Assembly: GCF_037042905.1 (NCBI RefSeq)
Contig: NC_087263.1
Location: forward strand, 14,818,001 to 14,882,000
Source of the DNA: Lytechinus pictus
Lineage: Eukaryota
Direction of reading: 5' to 3'
Length of the DNA stretch: 64,000 nucleotides
The notes beneath the pieces were generated by a model. That model made no database searches and was not told where the DNA came from. It saw nothing but the letters and a program-made list of their open reading frames with translations. Below, in pieces: positions 12,401 through 25,800 of the stretch; positions within the stretch are counted from its first letter, which is position 1; the number at the start of each line of letters is the position of its first letter. A program made the position numbers and the translations under genes.

Positions 12401-15400
12401 CAGAGCACCAACCTTTGTTAAATTCCGATGCACAAACTTGTCGATAAAAGAAGCAATTAAAGAAATAAATATAGGTATATAAAGGCCTATACTCTAGAAA
12501 GAGGGTTCAATTGTACCATGGTAAAGAAATAATATTCCTCATTCATATAGCGCTAAATACATCGAAATGACGTCTCTAAGTGCTTTACAGATAAATTATT
12601 ACCCCTGTCATCGGATCCTTCAATGCCCGCATACAATGTATCCACCTTCTCCACTCCCTGGGGAGCATTCCAACAAGAGTTCTAAGACTTAATTGCTAGG
12701 CATACTTCATAGGCTTTCGCATCCTACCGGGTACCCATTTAACACCTGGGTGGAAAGTGGCAAATTGTGGATTGACGCCTTGCCAAAGGACGATAGGCCA
12801 TAGTGGGATTCGAACACACGACCCTCTGATTACAAGGCGAGAGTCAGAACCGCTACACCACGGCGCTTCCACAAGAAAAACCGTGACTATGCAGATTAAT
12901 GTTTATAGTTACATTTATTTCATTGCTCATTCACAGCTTTTTGAGAATATGGCCAAAAAGTTTATATTAGGGCCATTCACATTGCAAGTGAATTATCGTG
13001 AAGATTCAGTCATTGCTGGGTTTTGTGCAGGATTTTCTATCATCGTGAGTAAATTACTTGCATGTTTTCTAATGTGAATCCAATGATCCAAAACTCTAGC
13101 TACGATGTTTTGTTTATCCACATTTATCCACATTGTGCTGCACCCAACCCAGGTGAGGTGAATGGGTACCTGGCAGGAATGTATTCCTTGAAATGCCGAG
13201 TGCTGGAAAGGCTGCTTGAGCTACAGCCGGGGTAATAATATCCAAGTCCTTGGGAAGCGCATAGAGACATTATTCATGCGTTATACAAGAACTGACTATA
13301 AGTATTATTATTGTTCAAATTTTGCATAGCAAGCTAGGTGCAGGTAAATAAATCCATTTCGCAAGTACACTCATGTCCAAAAGATTGCAGTGTTTTGCTC
13401 TAGTGTGAATCAAGAGGAAGAAAGATCATGATAAACTTGCGAATCATATCTTCGCGGTCTTTCATGGCGCTATTGATTGTGTAATAGTTTCGGAATTGCT
13501 CTATTTTCTTGCTTGACAGGTGACCTTGACCCTGGGCAGCTGTACAACGTGCAGGTTGAGGTCGACTACGGACAGGCCCAACCTGCTATAGCCCAGTTAG
13601 AACTCCAAACACCCAGTGGCGTATCGTCTTGCGACCTTAGTGGAAACGATTACACGGAACTTGATGAGGTATAGTACTAGAAAGAAAGGGACAGAGGGGG
13701 CGGGGTGGGGGGAGTGCAGGGAGGGAGAGGGGGAGGGGATGGGGGAGGAAGTGAAAGGTAGGGATAAGGAAAGAGCAAGGGCCCTCGCAGAAATGTTTAA
13801 GCTTGCACCAAGCTTGCTTGCCAGTGGCTAGCCAAATATGAATTCTAACGGCTAAAAATAAAACAGCCAATGACTACCACACTTCTTGCGGAAGAGGTTT
13901 ACAGTACACCATGTGTAAAGTCCTGGAGGGACTGAGATAAGGAAAGTGGATAGAATTGAAAAGGCAGAGAAAGTGGAGGTTTGAAAGTAGAGTATTCTTT
14001 TCGGGCAGGATGACTGTCCGTCTCCTGAAGATGGACAGTCAACCTGCCCGAAACGTCAAGTCTAGTCTCCTGCTACTACTCTGTTCACCGACTCAAGCCA
14101 GCCTTCTCTCACCTACTCAAGCCTTCAACTCAAACCTACTACTCAGCTTTCCACTCCTGGTTTACAGTCCTTTTAATGACTACACTTATTTCAAAACCTA
14201 TTTCAAACCTTTTCTCGCCTGTCCAATTCACCTCCAATTCTATCCACTTATCTCAGTCCCTCATGGAATTTACACTTGGTGTACTTTAAACCTCTTCCGT
14301 GCTTGCTCATACCACCATGCGAACCTTCAATCATTACCACACTTCCGTTATATTGCAATGTGATACTTGCATTACATTATTAGGATAAATCACCTTACCA
14401 ACCCTTTACCAAAAGCTTTAGACAGGATTTGATAACTTCCAACACTTTGAGGCAGTTCTTTAGGTGGTTTTAAACCGCCTCGATCACAAGAATCCCCGTT
14501 AAATTACGAGAACATTTTTAGGCTAAAAAATACCCATTAATTATTCCTGCATTCAGACCGCCCCGAAACATACACTTCGGGATAAATTCCTGAAGTTAGG
14601 AGCATGCGCAGTATGGTCTAATAAGCAGGCAAGGCGCGAGATTCAAAACTACTAGCCCAGCAGCCACCCACGCCGCCGCACCCAACGACACGCTGGGCTA
14701 AAAGTTCCCGTAATTTGCTTTCACATCGCCAAAATACCTGCGACCTTGGAAAAATCCCGCGAAAGTTCTCGTTATTTCGCCAAGTACCTACTATTTAGCG
14801 GGTATTTTCTTTCGGGGAAATTACGCGTAGTTTGCTTTCACATTACCAAAATACCTGGTATTTTCTGATCGGGGTAAATTTCCCGATCAGAGAATACCTG
14901 GAACTGACGAACTTCGAGGCGGTCTGAAACCACCTTTTGACTATTCTAGCATAAGATCAATTGAGAAGATCATGATCAACAATTGAATGATGGGTTTCCT
15001 TGACAACCAGTAGAAGCGTTTAAAGTGGTAGCATTGGATTACCTGAGGTAAAATTTATGGACACAACATATTTTGCTTCTGTGAACAATTACTCCAGGCT
15101 TTACTTTGTGTTTGTCGTTAAGGATCTTGGTAGGGTATAGTTTCAGTTTAGTTTATTTCCATAATTCATATACAGACATTTACATGCTTGACATGAGTAT
15201 AACATAATTATCTTGAGTTGAAATAAATGGTTCTTGAGACAGAAATTATACGCAATAAGAATTTAAATCAGTGAAAATGGAGGGGCCTAAGTTGAAAGCA
15301 GAGCTTGTGAGTTATAGGTGATAAATCCAGGGTTAACATTACTCATTTGATTAGTGTGTGGAATTGATAGTGATCTAAAGAAAAAAAAGTCGTTGGAAAT

Positions 15401-18400
15401 TAGAGAAACAGCCAAAAAATGTTCAGCTATTGTCCAACTGTGTGAAAAACGGACCCTAAAATTCACCCTATTCAGTATCCTGGTTCAAATGTTTTAAAGA
15501 ATAACATCTTAAATTATATTGATAACATTTCTATCAATGATCACTAATCAAAAAGGTGATTTTTTTTCATATGTTTTTTTTTTCATGTAACATAGTTGCA
15601 ATATATTGGGAAAAACTTGAAGAGTATTTAAAAATATTTCATGCAAAGTTTTCGTTTCCAGACATGTTATATAAACATTTTCTGGTATTGATATTAGTTC
15701 AAAAAAGAAAAATGATATAGATATTATTTTGAATTGTGCATTATTTGCTATTTATAAAAGTTTTGTTGGAAATGAATCCAAGAGAAAAATAACAATTAAA
15801 AGACTCATTCATATTTTGTTTTACCTGTTAAGTTATCATTTTGAAATAGAACAGAATGTAAAATCTAAATTTTAGAAAACCAGCTCCCTCCAGAAATGGA
15901 GGCAAATGATAAAGAATGATGAAAATGTATTACTTAAAAATGAAATCAACAAAGAAGACCAGTACTGGTAGTTTTACCAAAAAAATGATAACCATAATCC
16001 GTTTTCATTTTAAAAGGTCTCATTCACTGTTGATAACTGCGTGACTGGGGAGAATGACTATCCGCTGACGTACCAGTTGTTTTACCGAAATTCCAATGGA
16101 GTGCAGAGGTCACTGGGTATTGGAGAGTCCGTACGCAGTATCAGAGGTCCCCCTTCTTCTGCTAACGGAAATGGAAACAATGTATTCTTTGCAAAGGTAT
16201 GGCATCTGCGACCACTGAGCTACCCCAAACAAAACCAACAATAAGTCGCCATGGTTTGTAAATAGCCAAAATAGTAATTTGATCTGTACAAAGCAAATAT
16301 GAAAAAAATAGCCTGTCTTAGAAAGTAATTCTTTTTCTTCATACTGTCAAAATTTCATGCTGTAGAGTTGAATGGAAAAAAGATACACATGCTTTATAAA
16401 CAATTTTTTGAAGATTTGCTTAGAAGAGTCAATGATTGCACTGTGAGATTGCACAATGCGAATGCCTTGAATGAACCCCTAAAATGGTTTTCTCCTTAAT
16501 TTTTGAGTTATGCATATAGTAACAGTGCTATAACATTACTATCGTTGTCTCACCTGCATAGCAGAGTGAGACTATAGGCGCCGCTTTTCCGACGGCGGCG
16601 GCGATATCAACATCAAATCTTAACTGAAGGTTAAGTTTTTTAAATGACAGCATAACTTAGAAAGTATATGGACCTAGTTCATGAAACTTGGACATAAGGT
16701 TGATCAAGTATTACTGAACATCCTGCCTGAGTTTCAGGTCACATGACCAAGGTCAAAGGTCATTTAGGGTCAATGAACTTAGACCATGTTGGGGAAATCC
16801 ACATAAAAATCTTAACCTAAGGTTAAGTTTTTGAAATTTCGTCATAACTTCAAAAGTGTATGGACCTAGTTCATGATCGAAACCTGGCCACTGAATATCC
16901 TGCCTGGTATTACTGGGGAGTGTTTCATGAAAGGACTTGTCGGACGTTTTATCCGACAAGTCCCATTTTATCCGACAGTTATACCATAGTAACAGTACCT
17001 CTCAGCCAATCAACATCAGAGAAAGATGTCAGATCTGACAACTTGTCGGATGAAAATGTTGATGAAACACTCCCCTGAACGTCCTGCCTGAGTTTCAAGT
17101 CACATGACCAAGGTGGTCAAAGATTATTTAGGGTCAATGAACTTTGACCAAGTTGGGGGTATTTGTTGAATTACCATCATAACTTTGAAAGTTTATGGAT
17201 CTGATTCATATAACTTGGACATAAGAGTAATCAAGTATCACTATAAACATCCTGTGTGTGTTTCAGGTCACATGACCGAGGTCAAAGGTCATTTAATGTC
17301 AATGAACTTTGGCCAAGTTGGGGGTATTTGTTGAATTTCCATCATAACTTCGAAAGTTTATGGATCTTATAAAACTTGGACATAAGAGTAATCAATTATC
17401 ACTGGACATCTTATGCGGGTTTCAGGTCACATGACTAAAGTCAAAGGTCATTTAAGGTCAATGAACTTTTGCCATTTTGGAGGTTTATAGATATAGTTTA
17501 TAAAATGTGGATATAGGGGTAATCAGGTATCACTGACAAGTCTTAGGTCACATGATCAAGGTCAACAGTCATTTATTGTCATTGAACATAGTATTGTATC
17601 ATTATATGAATTGTGTTTTTTGTGAATAATTATGTTATAGTAGTAGTCAGCGCTACTGCTATATAAGCCAGTTCGTAGTTCCTTTCTGCGCATGATCAAA
17701 AGATTCTACGCATGATCAGAGGAAGGTCATTTGTACTACAGTGACATGGTGGTTTAAAATCTAATGAGATAAGCACCAACTTTGATGTCTTGATTATTAA
17801 CATATTCTTTTGAATTGTGGTTATCATTTACATCCACAAAAACAACAATGCATCCACGAACGACTGGTATTTCACAGTTTGCCAAGTACATTGTGCAACA
17901 TGCTATGATATGCATTCAAAGTAGGAATGCAACAAATACCTTCATAAAGTGTTCATTGGTGTGCTATTCTAGTCACCTGGTCTATTCAATTTCTTCATCC
18001 TGCTATGTAAGGCGAGCTTACGTAATATCTTGCTTTGAAATCTGCCTATCATAATGAAAGAAATTAAAGGTCATTTGACCAAAATTGTCCATAAGTAACT
18101 ACGAACTGGTCTATTGAATCGCGTGATGCAGGTGAGACTGCCAGAGGCGCTCCACTTGTTTTCACTATTTTTATCATTATTTTCATTATCATTATTTATA
18201 TTTTCATTATTATTATTATATTATTATTTTCATTTTCATTATTATTATAATCATTATTTTCATTATTATTATTATCATTAGTATTATTATTTTATTTTAT
18301 TTTACAGGTTTGCAACCAGGCTCAAAGCTGTTATACCACAGGGGAAGTAACACTTACTGTAGGTAGATTGCAATCAATTAACTATCAACAGTTGAAGTTA

Positions 18401-19770
18401 TCGCTTGTGGATGCCGAGATCAATAAGGGTAAATAAATCCATTGTATTTTTTACAATTATATTGATCAGTGGCGGATCCAGGCAGGGGCGGATCCCCCCC
18501 CCCCCCCACCAAAAAAAAATTATGGGGATATCTCTTACATAAGCAAGTGAGGACCTTTTTCTTTGTTTTTGTGCTTGCAAAATTTTTCCTTGAACCAAAT
18601 GACCTAAATGAACCCCCCCCCCCTTTTTTTTCTTGCTTGTCACATTTTTCTTGGAACAAAATAACCCAAATTTTGTAGTGAAAAACTGTTGTTATTTTTT
18701 TTGCTTGTAAATTTTTTTGTACGAAAATGCCACCCCCCTTTAGAATATCCTGGATCCGGCCCTGATACTGATGGAAAAATATATATGGATATATATATCA
18801 AGCGCCATGAGCACCGAAAGGTGGACCTGTGCGCTATATAAGTAGCCACCATTATTATTATTATTATTATGGAGGTGTGTTATGGCTCGATCAGTGGATA
18901 AGTCTCTGGACGTTGAACCATGGATTTCCATATAGTTTATAGTTGAGGTTGATCGGATCAATCATGAATCTGTGTAAGACAGGCCTAAACGAGTGAAATA
19001 CATTGTAGGCGACTTATTTGCTGCTCTACTGGTTCTCAATGCATGGCCTGGGTTTGATCTCCTTGAAGGCCAGCAAAACTGCATGATCAATAACTAAATT
19101 ACTCCATCTCATGATTTAGTTTTGCCCGTAATAAGATAAATTCCTTGGTTTGTAAATTACAACCATTTTTACAAACATTAATTTGAGGATTATTGTTAAT
19201 TTACTTCAAACATTTCATTGCACTTGGAGCGGTGTGGCCCAGTGGATTAGTCTCCAGACTCTGAAGCAGAGGTTCATGGTTCAACTCTCAGCCATGACGT
19301 AGTTTCCTTCAGCAAGAAATTTATCCTCGTCGTGCTGCACTAGACGTAGGTGAGGCAAATGGGTAGCTGGCAGGCATCTGTTCCTTAAAATGCGTGTGTA
19401 CTGTAAGTAATTACCGCCACGTAGCAAAAGCCGGGATAATAATGTCCAAATCCTTTGGAAGCGTGTGGAGATAATCATAATGTGCTTTGCACTATACAAT
19501 AATTGCTTATAACTTTTATTATTTTTACTCTAGGTGACATACTTTCTGCTCTACGAAACCTCAACCACCTTGTGAGTTCCCTTATCGAGGGCCAGTCAAG
19601 GAAACGAAGACAAACCGTCTCGATAGACCAGTCAACGACAGATCAATTCGCATTGTTCCAGGATGCTGCTTCGGCTCCAGACATTGACGAGGATACCGCG
19701 GGTAATCTCATTGATGAAGCTACTTTCATCAACGTTGCTGCCTTGCCAACAGAGGATCTGAGTAAGTGAT

Positions 19771-19801
<31 letters not shown>

Positions 19802-22800
19802 GCGGTATATTTACCCAGGGTAGCCGCTTCAGTTCCGAAAACTGTTCTCCCAGCGGGCCCTGCTATTATTGCTTATGCGAATTTCCCCCGGGGGGGGGGG
19901 GCAGTCAAATATATTGCTGTACACACGCGTGACCAAAAAAACACGTTTAAAGGGTTTTTTTTCAGTTTTTGATGCGGTTCGCGCGTGGACTCGTTAAGGG
20001 TATCAAAAACACAGATTTTCAAGAAAAAGGGTGGTTTTGAAGACTGGTCAATGGTCAATCACGGGGCCAAACGTATTTAGGGTATGTTTTTCCCCCAAAG
20101 CTTTTTTTTAAAGACTAGCCAAACGTGTTTAGGGTATGTTTTTTTTTCCAAGCTTTTTCCCCCGAGGTCATATTTTGGCGACATCTTGTTTAGGGGCCAA
20201 AATGTGTAAAATAAAATAATTTAGGGGGGTATTTTGCACACAGAGAAAAACTTGTTTGGAAATTTCTTGGTCACACGTGTGTATATACAGCAATATATTT
20301 GACTGCCCCTCCCCCCCCCCCCGGGAATTTCCAACCCTAAACCAAAAATAGAAAGCCCCAAATTGATTTAGTGATAATTTTATTGGGTTTGAAAAAGCAC
20401 ACCCTAAGCTTTGAACTGAATCTGACAAGTTGCCCAAATTAAATTTGTTAGATTTTCATTGAGCTTGAAAAAGCATATCCTAACCTTTAATTAAGATGAT
20501 ATATAGCTCTCACTACTGCTCCCTCAGTCCTCCACAAAATCCATATCTCACTTTCACTCATAACACCATTTCACTCCCATACAAATTATATTGCCAATCT
20601 CACAGAACTCCTATAAAGTATTCCGTTCATCCTAAGGACACCTTTTGCCACATGACTCTCCGCATTCCCTAAACTCCACGTACCAATCCAAATCTGGCCC
20701 TTGCCGTCACAGCTGCCCTGCACCCTCCAGCCAATAATAATAATAATAATAATAGATAGTGGGAGTCAAACTCTGCTTTAAAGGGATGGTCCGGGCTGAA
20801 AATAGTTATATCTTAATACATAGAGTAGAATTCACTGAGCAAAATGCCGAAAATTTCATCAAAATCGGATAACAAATAATAAAGTTATTGAAGTTTAAAG
20901 TTAAGCAATATTTTGTGAAAACAGTCGTCATGAACATTCATTAAGTCGGCTGATGATGTCACATCTCCACTTTTCGTTTTGTTATGTTATTACATAAAAT
21001 CACAATTTTTTTCATTATTTCATACTTGTGTGAACAATATGTCTCCCTTATAATGAAATAAGTTGCAGCAATAAATATCTAATGCACTAAATCAGTTGTC
21101 AATCCAATTTTTCTAGTTTTTGGAGGAAAAAATTTGAATAAACCTAATTTCATATAATAAAATACAAAAGAACAAGTGGGGATGTGACATCATCAGCGCA
21201 CCTAATGAATATTCATGACGATTGTTTTCACAAATATTGCTAAACATTAAAGTTTAATAACTTTGTTATTTGTTATTCGATTTTGATGAAATTTTCGGCA
21301 TTTTGCTCAGTGAATTCTACTCTATTTATTAAGCTATAAATACTTTCAGCCCGTACCATCCCTTTAAAGAGCGTGTATAGTGACTGCACTTCAGAGTGCT
21401 GATTTTTCTCGTTCAAATTTGAACTAAACCATGACACCTGCACACCAATTGTCTTTCTCTCCTTCCTGCAGCTACCTTTGTGGTTCTCCTCAAAGATCTG
21501 GTGTCTGTATTCCCCGATACCTACACGGTCTTATCAGATATTACCTATCAGTCGCTTACAGGGATCATCCAGGACATCGGAGAGGCTACCGAAGATGATT
21601 CTATCCTCAACTTGGTTAGGTAGGATTCGATCTTAATAAGCCAGTTCACAGTTAGCTCATGCCCATGAGCACTAAGTTGTCATTTGAGATAAACTGCTGA
21701 GGTGATTTTCATATTCATTGACAAGCATTTATGATTTGATGTTTATTCATATATGCCTTCTAAAATGTTCTCTTCATCACATTAATCACTGAAGAGTAAC
21801 AGAGGTGTTCACACTGATTGGTATTTGACAGTAGCCCAAACAAGAGTCAATATGCCAAAATCAGGTAATACCACAATCGATTCCCAAACTTGATCACTGA
21901 TGTACTATTCTGGTCACCTGGGTTTTCTTTCGCAGAATTTGTAACCCACATGATGCTATGTCAGGAAAGCTTTTGCAACATCTTCATTCAAAAGTGTTGG
22001 TGCTGATCGTAACAAAAAGTAGGAAAGATCATTTGAAAATGACCACGATCTAATTGTGAACTCGCTGTTTTATTAAGAATTTATCAAATAAATGGCAAAA
22101 ACAAAGTTTATAATTTTCTTACTCAATACGGTGATGTACAGTGATATATATAGGCCTTTCCGGGGGGGGGGGATGACACTGGGGCTCAAAAAATTATGGG
22201 ATTGTGTGAATGTGTTTGGCATGAACTAGTCACTCAGGGTGTATGTCACAACTGCCCCAATTAATTTAGGGTTCAAAGGCAGGGTTAATCTATTGAATTC
22301 TTATTTTGAATTGACAGGGAACTGGTCGTAGGAATGACCTTGAGTGCGATTGACCGCAATGTCCTTGGATCACCAGGCCTGGAGAGCAATCTTGCAGGAG
22401 TGGCTTCAAAGACTAACATCATAATTCCTGAGGGCGTATACCATGCAAGCAGTGGAGTGAATGCATCTACTGTTGACTTCGGGACTGAACTCGCTGAACG
22501 GTAAGAGATGAAATACAATCAATCTAGATATATCAATCAAATAAAAGCTGAACAGGGAGGGGGTCATGTTCCTGAAGTTTTTGGTAGAGTAATAGTTTTG
22601 TTCTTTACATGATGCTGCTGCTGATGGTGGTAACGATTTAGATGGTGATTATGGTAATGATGATAAAATTAATGATAATTGTAATGGTGATGATGATAAC
22701 GGTGGTGGTGGTGATGATGATGATGATGATGAAAATCATTGTAATGATCATAATGATGACATTGATGATAATTATGGTGACGATATTCATGATACTGATG

Positions 22801-25800
22801 ATGGTTGTGATGATGGTGATGATGGGGATACTGATGATTATGATGATGATGGTGGTGATGGTATTGATGATACTTGTGATGATGCTGACAACAATATCAA
22901 TAACAACCAAAATAATGAGGATAAACAATCTTAATTATAGTTACAGTATAGGCCTACTACAATAAAATCATTCCACAACCAAACATGCATCTGCATTTGC
23001 ACACACTATTTCTGTTCTGATTTAAATGAAAAACAAGTGGAACGCCTCTGGCTGTCTCACTTGCATCACGCGATTCAATGTAGCAGCAATGCAAAACTAC
23101 TATAAAATGATTATTCACAAAAAACACCTTTCATATAATAATACAATACTACGTTCACTGACATTTGACCTTGATCATGTGACCTAAAACTTTTCAGTGA
23201 TACTTGATTACCCCTATATCCACATTTTATACACTATATCTATAAATTTGAAAGTTATGACAGCAATCTAATAATTACCTCTAAAATGGCCAAAGTATGA
23301 CCTTAAATGACCTTTGGTCATGTGACCTGAAACTTGCATGAGATGTTCAGTGATAATAGATGACTCTTATTTCCAAGTTTTATGAACTATATACCAATAT
23401 ACTTACAGAGTTATGATGGTAATTCAACAAATACCCCCAACATGGCCACCAATGACCTTTGACCTTGGTCATGTGACCTGAAACTCGCACAAGATGTTCA
23501 GTGATACTTGGTTACTCTTATGTCCACGTTTTATGAACTAGACCAATACACTTACATATATATGATGGTAATTCAAAAAATACCCCCAACATGGCCAAAG
23601 TTCATTGACCTCAAATGACCTTTGACCTTGGTCATGTGACCTGAAACTCGGACGGGATGTTCAAAGATACTTGATTACTCTTATGTCCAAGTTTCATGAA
23701 TCAAATCCATAAACGTTCAAAGTTATGATGGTAATTCAACAGATACCCCCCCCCCCACATGGCTAAAGTTCATTGACCTTTGACCTTGGTCATGTGACCT
23801 GAAATTCGCAGAGGATGTTCAGTGATACTTGATTACTCTTATGTCCAAGTTTTATGAACTAGACCAATAAACATTCAAAATTATGATGGTAATTCAACAC
23901 ATACCCCCAACTTGGCCAAAGTTCATTGACACTAAATGACCTTTGACCTTGGTCATGTGACTTGAAACTCAGGCAGGATGAGTTATTCTGTCATTTCAAA
24001 AACTTAACCTTCAGTTAAGATTTGGTGTTGACGCCGCCGCCGTCGGAAAAGCGGCGCCTATAGTCTCACTCTGCTATGCAGGTGAGACAAAAACTGATCA
24101 TAATAATATTAGGGCATGTCTGAAGGTATATAATTCTTCTTCCAAAACTCCTTTTGCACAGATATACACTGTGGACTTGTGGAGACGGCACAGGAGACTG
24201 TCAAGGAATTCTTGTTCAGATGAATCAGTATGCTACCGGAGTCGATCCGTATTCTACAGATAATGATGATCGTGACAATCTAGCATCCTCCATTTTGGAG
24301 ATCACTTTCTACGATCAATGGTCCGAAAATTGTAAGTAATTGTGCGTTGGCTTTTTTTTCAGTTTTACTGCAAACACCTACAATTGGCAATTGAAGTATG
24401 ATTTACTCTTGCCATTCTCAATGACTTTTCTTGAAGCATTACATTTGTGGAGGTTCTGCCCTGCTCCACCATCCACCTTATTCACTAATTCATATCGTAA
24501 AGTTTTATTTCCTCAATTTTTTAATCCAATAAATAAAATCAGATGATGTTTGAAGGTTTGGATGGTGTTATGAACAATTGCAAAAGTGGTTTACGGCGGA
24601 CCATGTGTGAAGTCCTTAGCCGCCTAAGAGTAATGCGGATAATTCAATAAAAATTGCATTCACAAACACCGAAAAATATCCGCATTATTTTTACGAGCGC
24701 CCGTCCTGAAAAAGGCGGATAATCGTCATGACAACTGGACACGCCCCCTCCGATGCGGTTGTGTTGGAAAAGGGTGACCTTGTGACCGCACCATGGCAAT
24801 TATCCGCATTATTTGGAAATGCGTTCATAAACTCAAAATCTTGTCCCGATGCTGCTATTATGCGGATAATTGCAGCATCAAAATAATGCGGATAACTCTG
24901 GTCCTCCTCTGATTTTACGACCAAATTATGCTGCTATTAGCCACATAATTGGGTTTATGAAAGGGGTATGAGATAAAAGTAAATAGAGATAGAGGTGAAA
25001 TGGAAAGGTGAGAAAGTGGAGGTTTGGAAGTAGAGTATTCTTTTCGGAATGAATGTAGTCCTTAAACGGATAGTAAAACCAGGAATGGAGGGAAGAGTTG
25101 AGTAGAAGGCTTGAGTAGGAGGCTGGTTGGGTGGGAAGGATGAGAGAGGCTTGAGTAGATGAGAAGACTTACTTTAGTCGGTGAATGGAGCAGTGGAAAT
25201 CAAATCAATTGCGCATATGTCTTAAAGGTCAATTTTATGAATCACTTGACATGTAAGACCTTTTTCGAAAACCACATTTTAAGGCCTATCATTATGTTCA
25301 ATGATGTAAGTTGTAAATTATTGATGTTTCTTTCTCTGCAGTGGATGTGGTGGAAGTGGCGTCACTGACCGAGCCCATAAGTATCAATATGCATCTCAGT
25401 GCACCAGAACCAGAGAGGTCCTACGAGTGCGCCTTCTGGGACAACACAACTAACCAATGGAGTAGGACGGGGGTGGAGACTGTGATGACAACAACGACGT
25501 CGGTTGAATGCCGGACTTCTCATCTCAGCGTCTTTGCTGTCTTTGCCGGTGAAGAAATCGTCCCTACCAGCGGACCGTCTCCTGTGAGAGGTAAGCCCGA
25601 CATGTCTATCCTTGGCCTTGTTTCACATTTAAAGAATCATATTTATAAGCTTAGAGGTGGGGCCTGAGACAGAATTTATTCTGTTGAATCGCAGCCCCAA
25701 GAAAAATAAAGCTCAAGTTCCAAATGCATACTTCAGTTGAGAATTAAAGTGAATTTGACTTTTTTAATTCGCATTTGATTGTGGCATATTGACACAGAAA

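Larger units (their letters stand above)
16545..18160 (+). mobile_element. Helentron/HINE (DINE-1)-like non-autonomous element with internal ~170-bp tandem repeats and two nested MITEs
   Basis: 5' gtctcacctgcat plus short hairpin, 3' subterminal atgcaggtgagac then gccagaggcgctccacttgtt, T-rich insertion site; inverted sister copy at 23032-24090. Confidence 0.75.

Noticed and set aside
18359-18364. Earlier donor candidates for REJ exon 9 (gtaggt, gtagat)
   Set aside because: The frame stays open to the G|gtaaat donor at 18428, which matches the phase of exon 10. The gtaggt site is out of phase and gtagat is weak.
22638-22965. Met/Ile-rich hydrophobic ORFs
   Set aside because: (GAT)n microsatellite translation.
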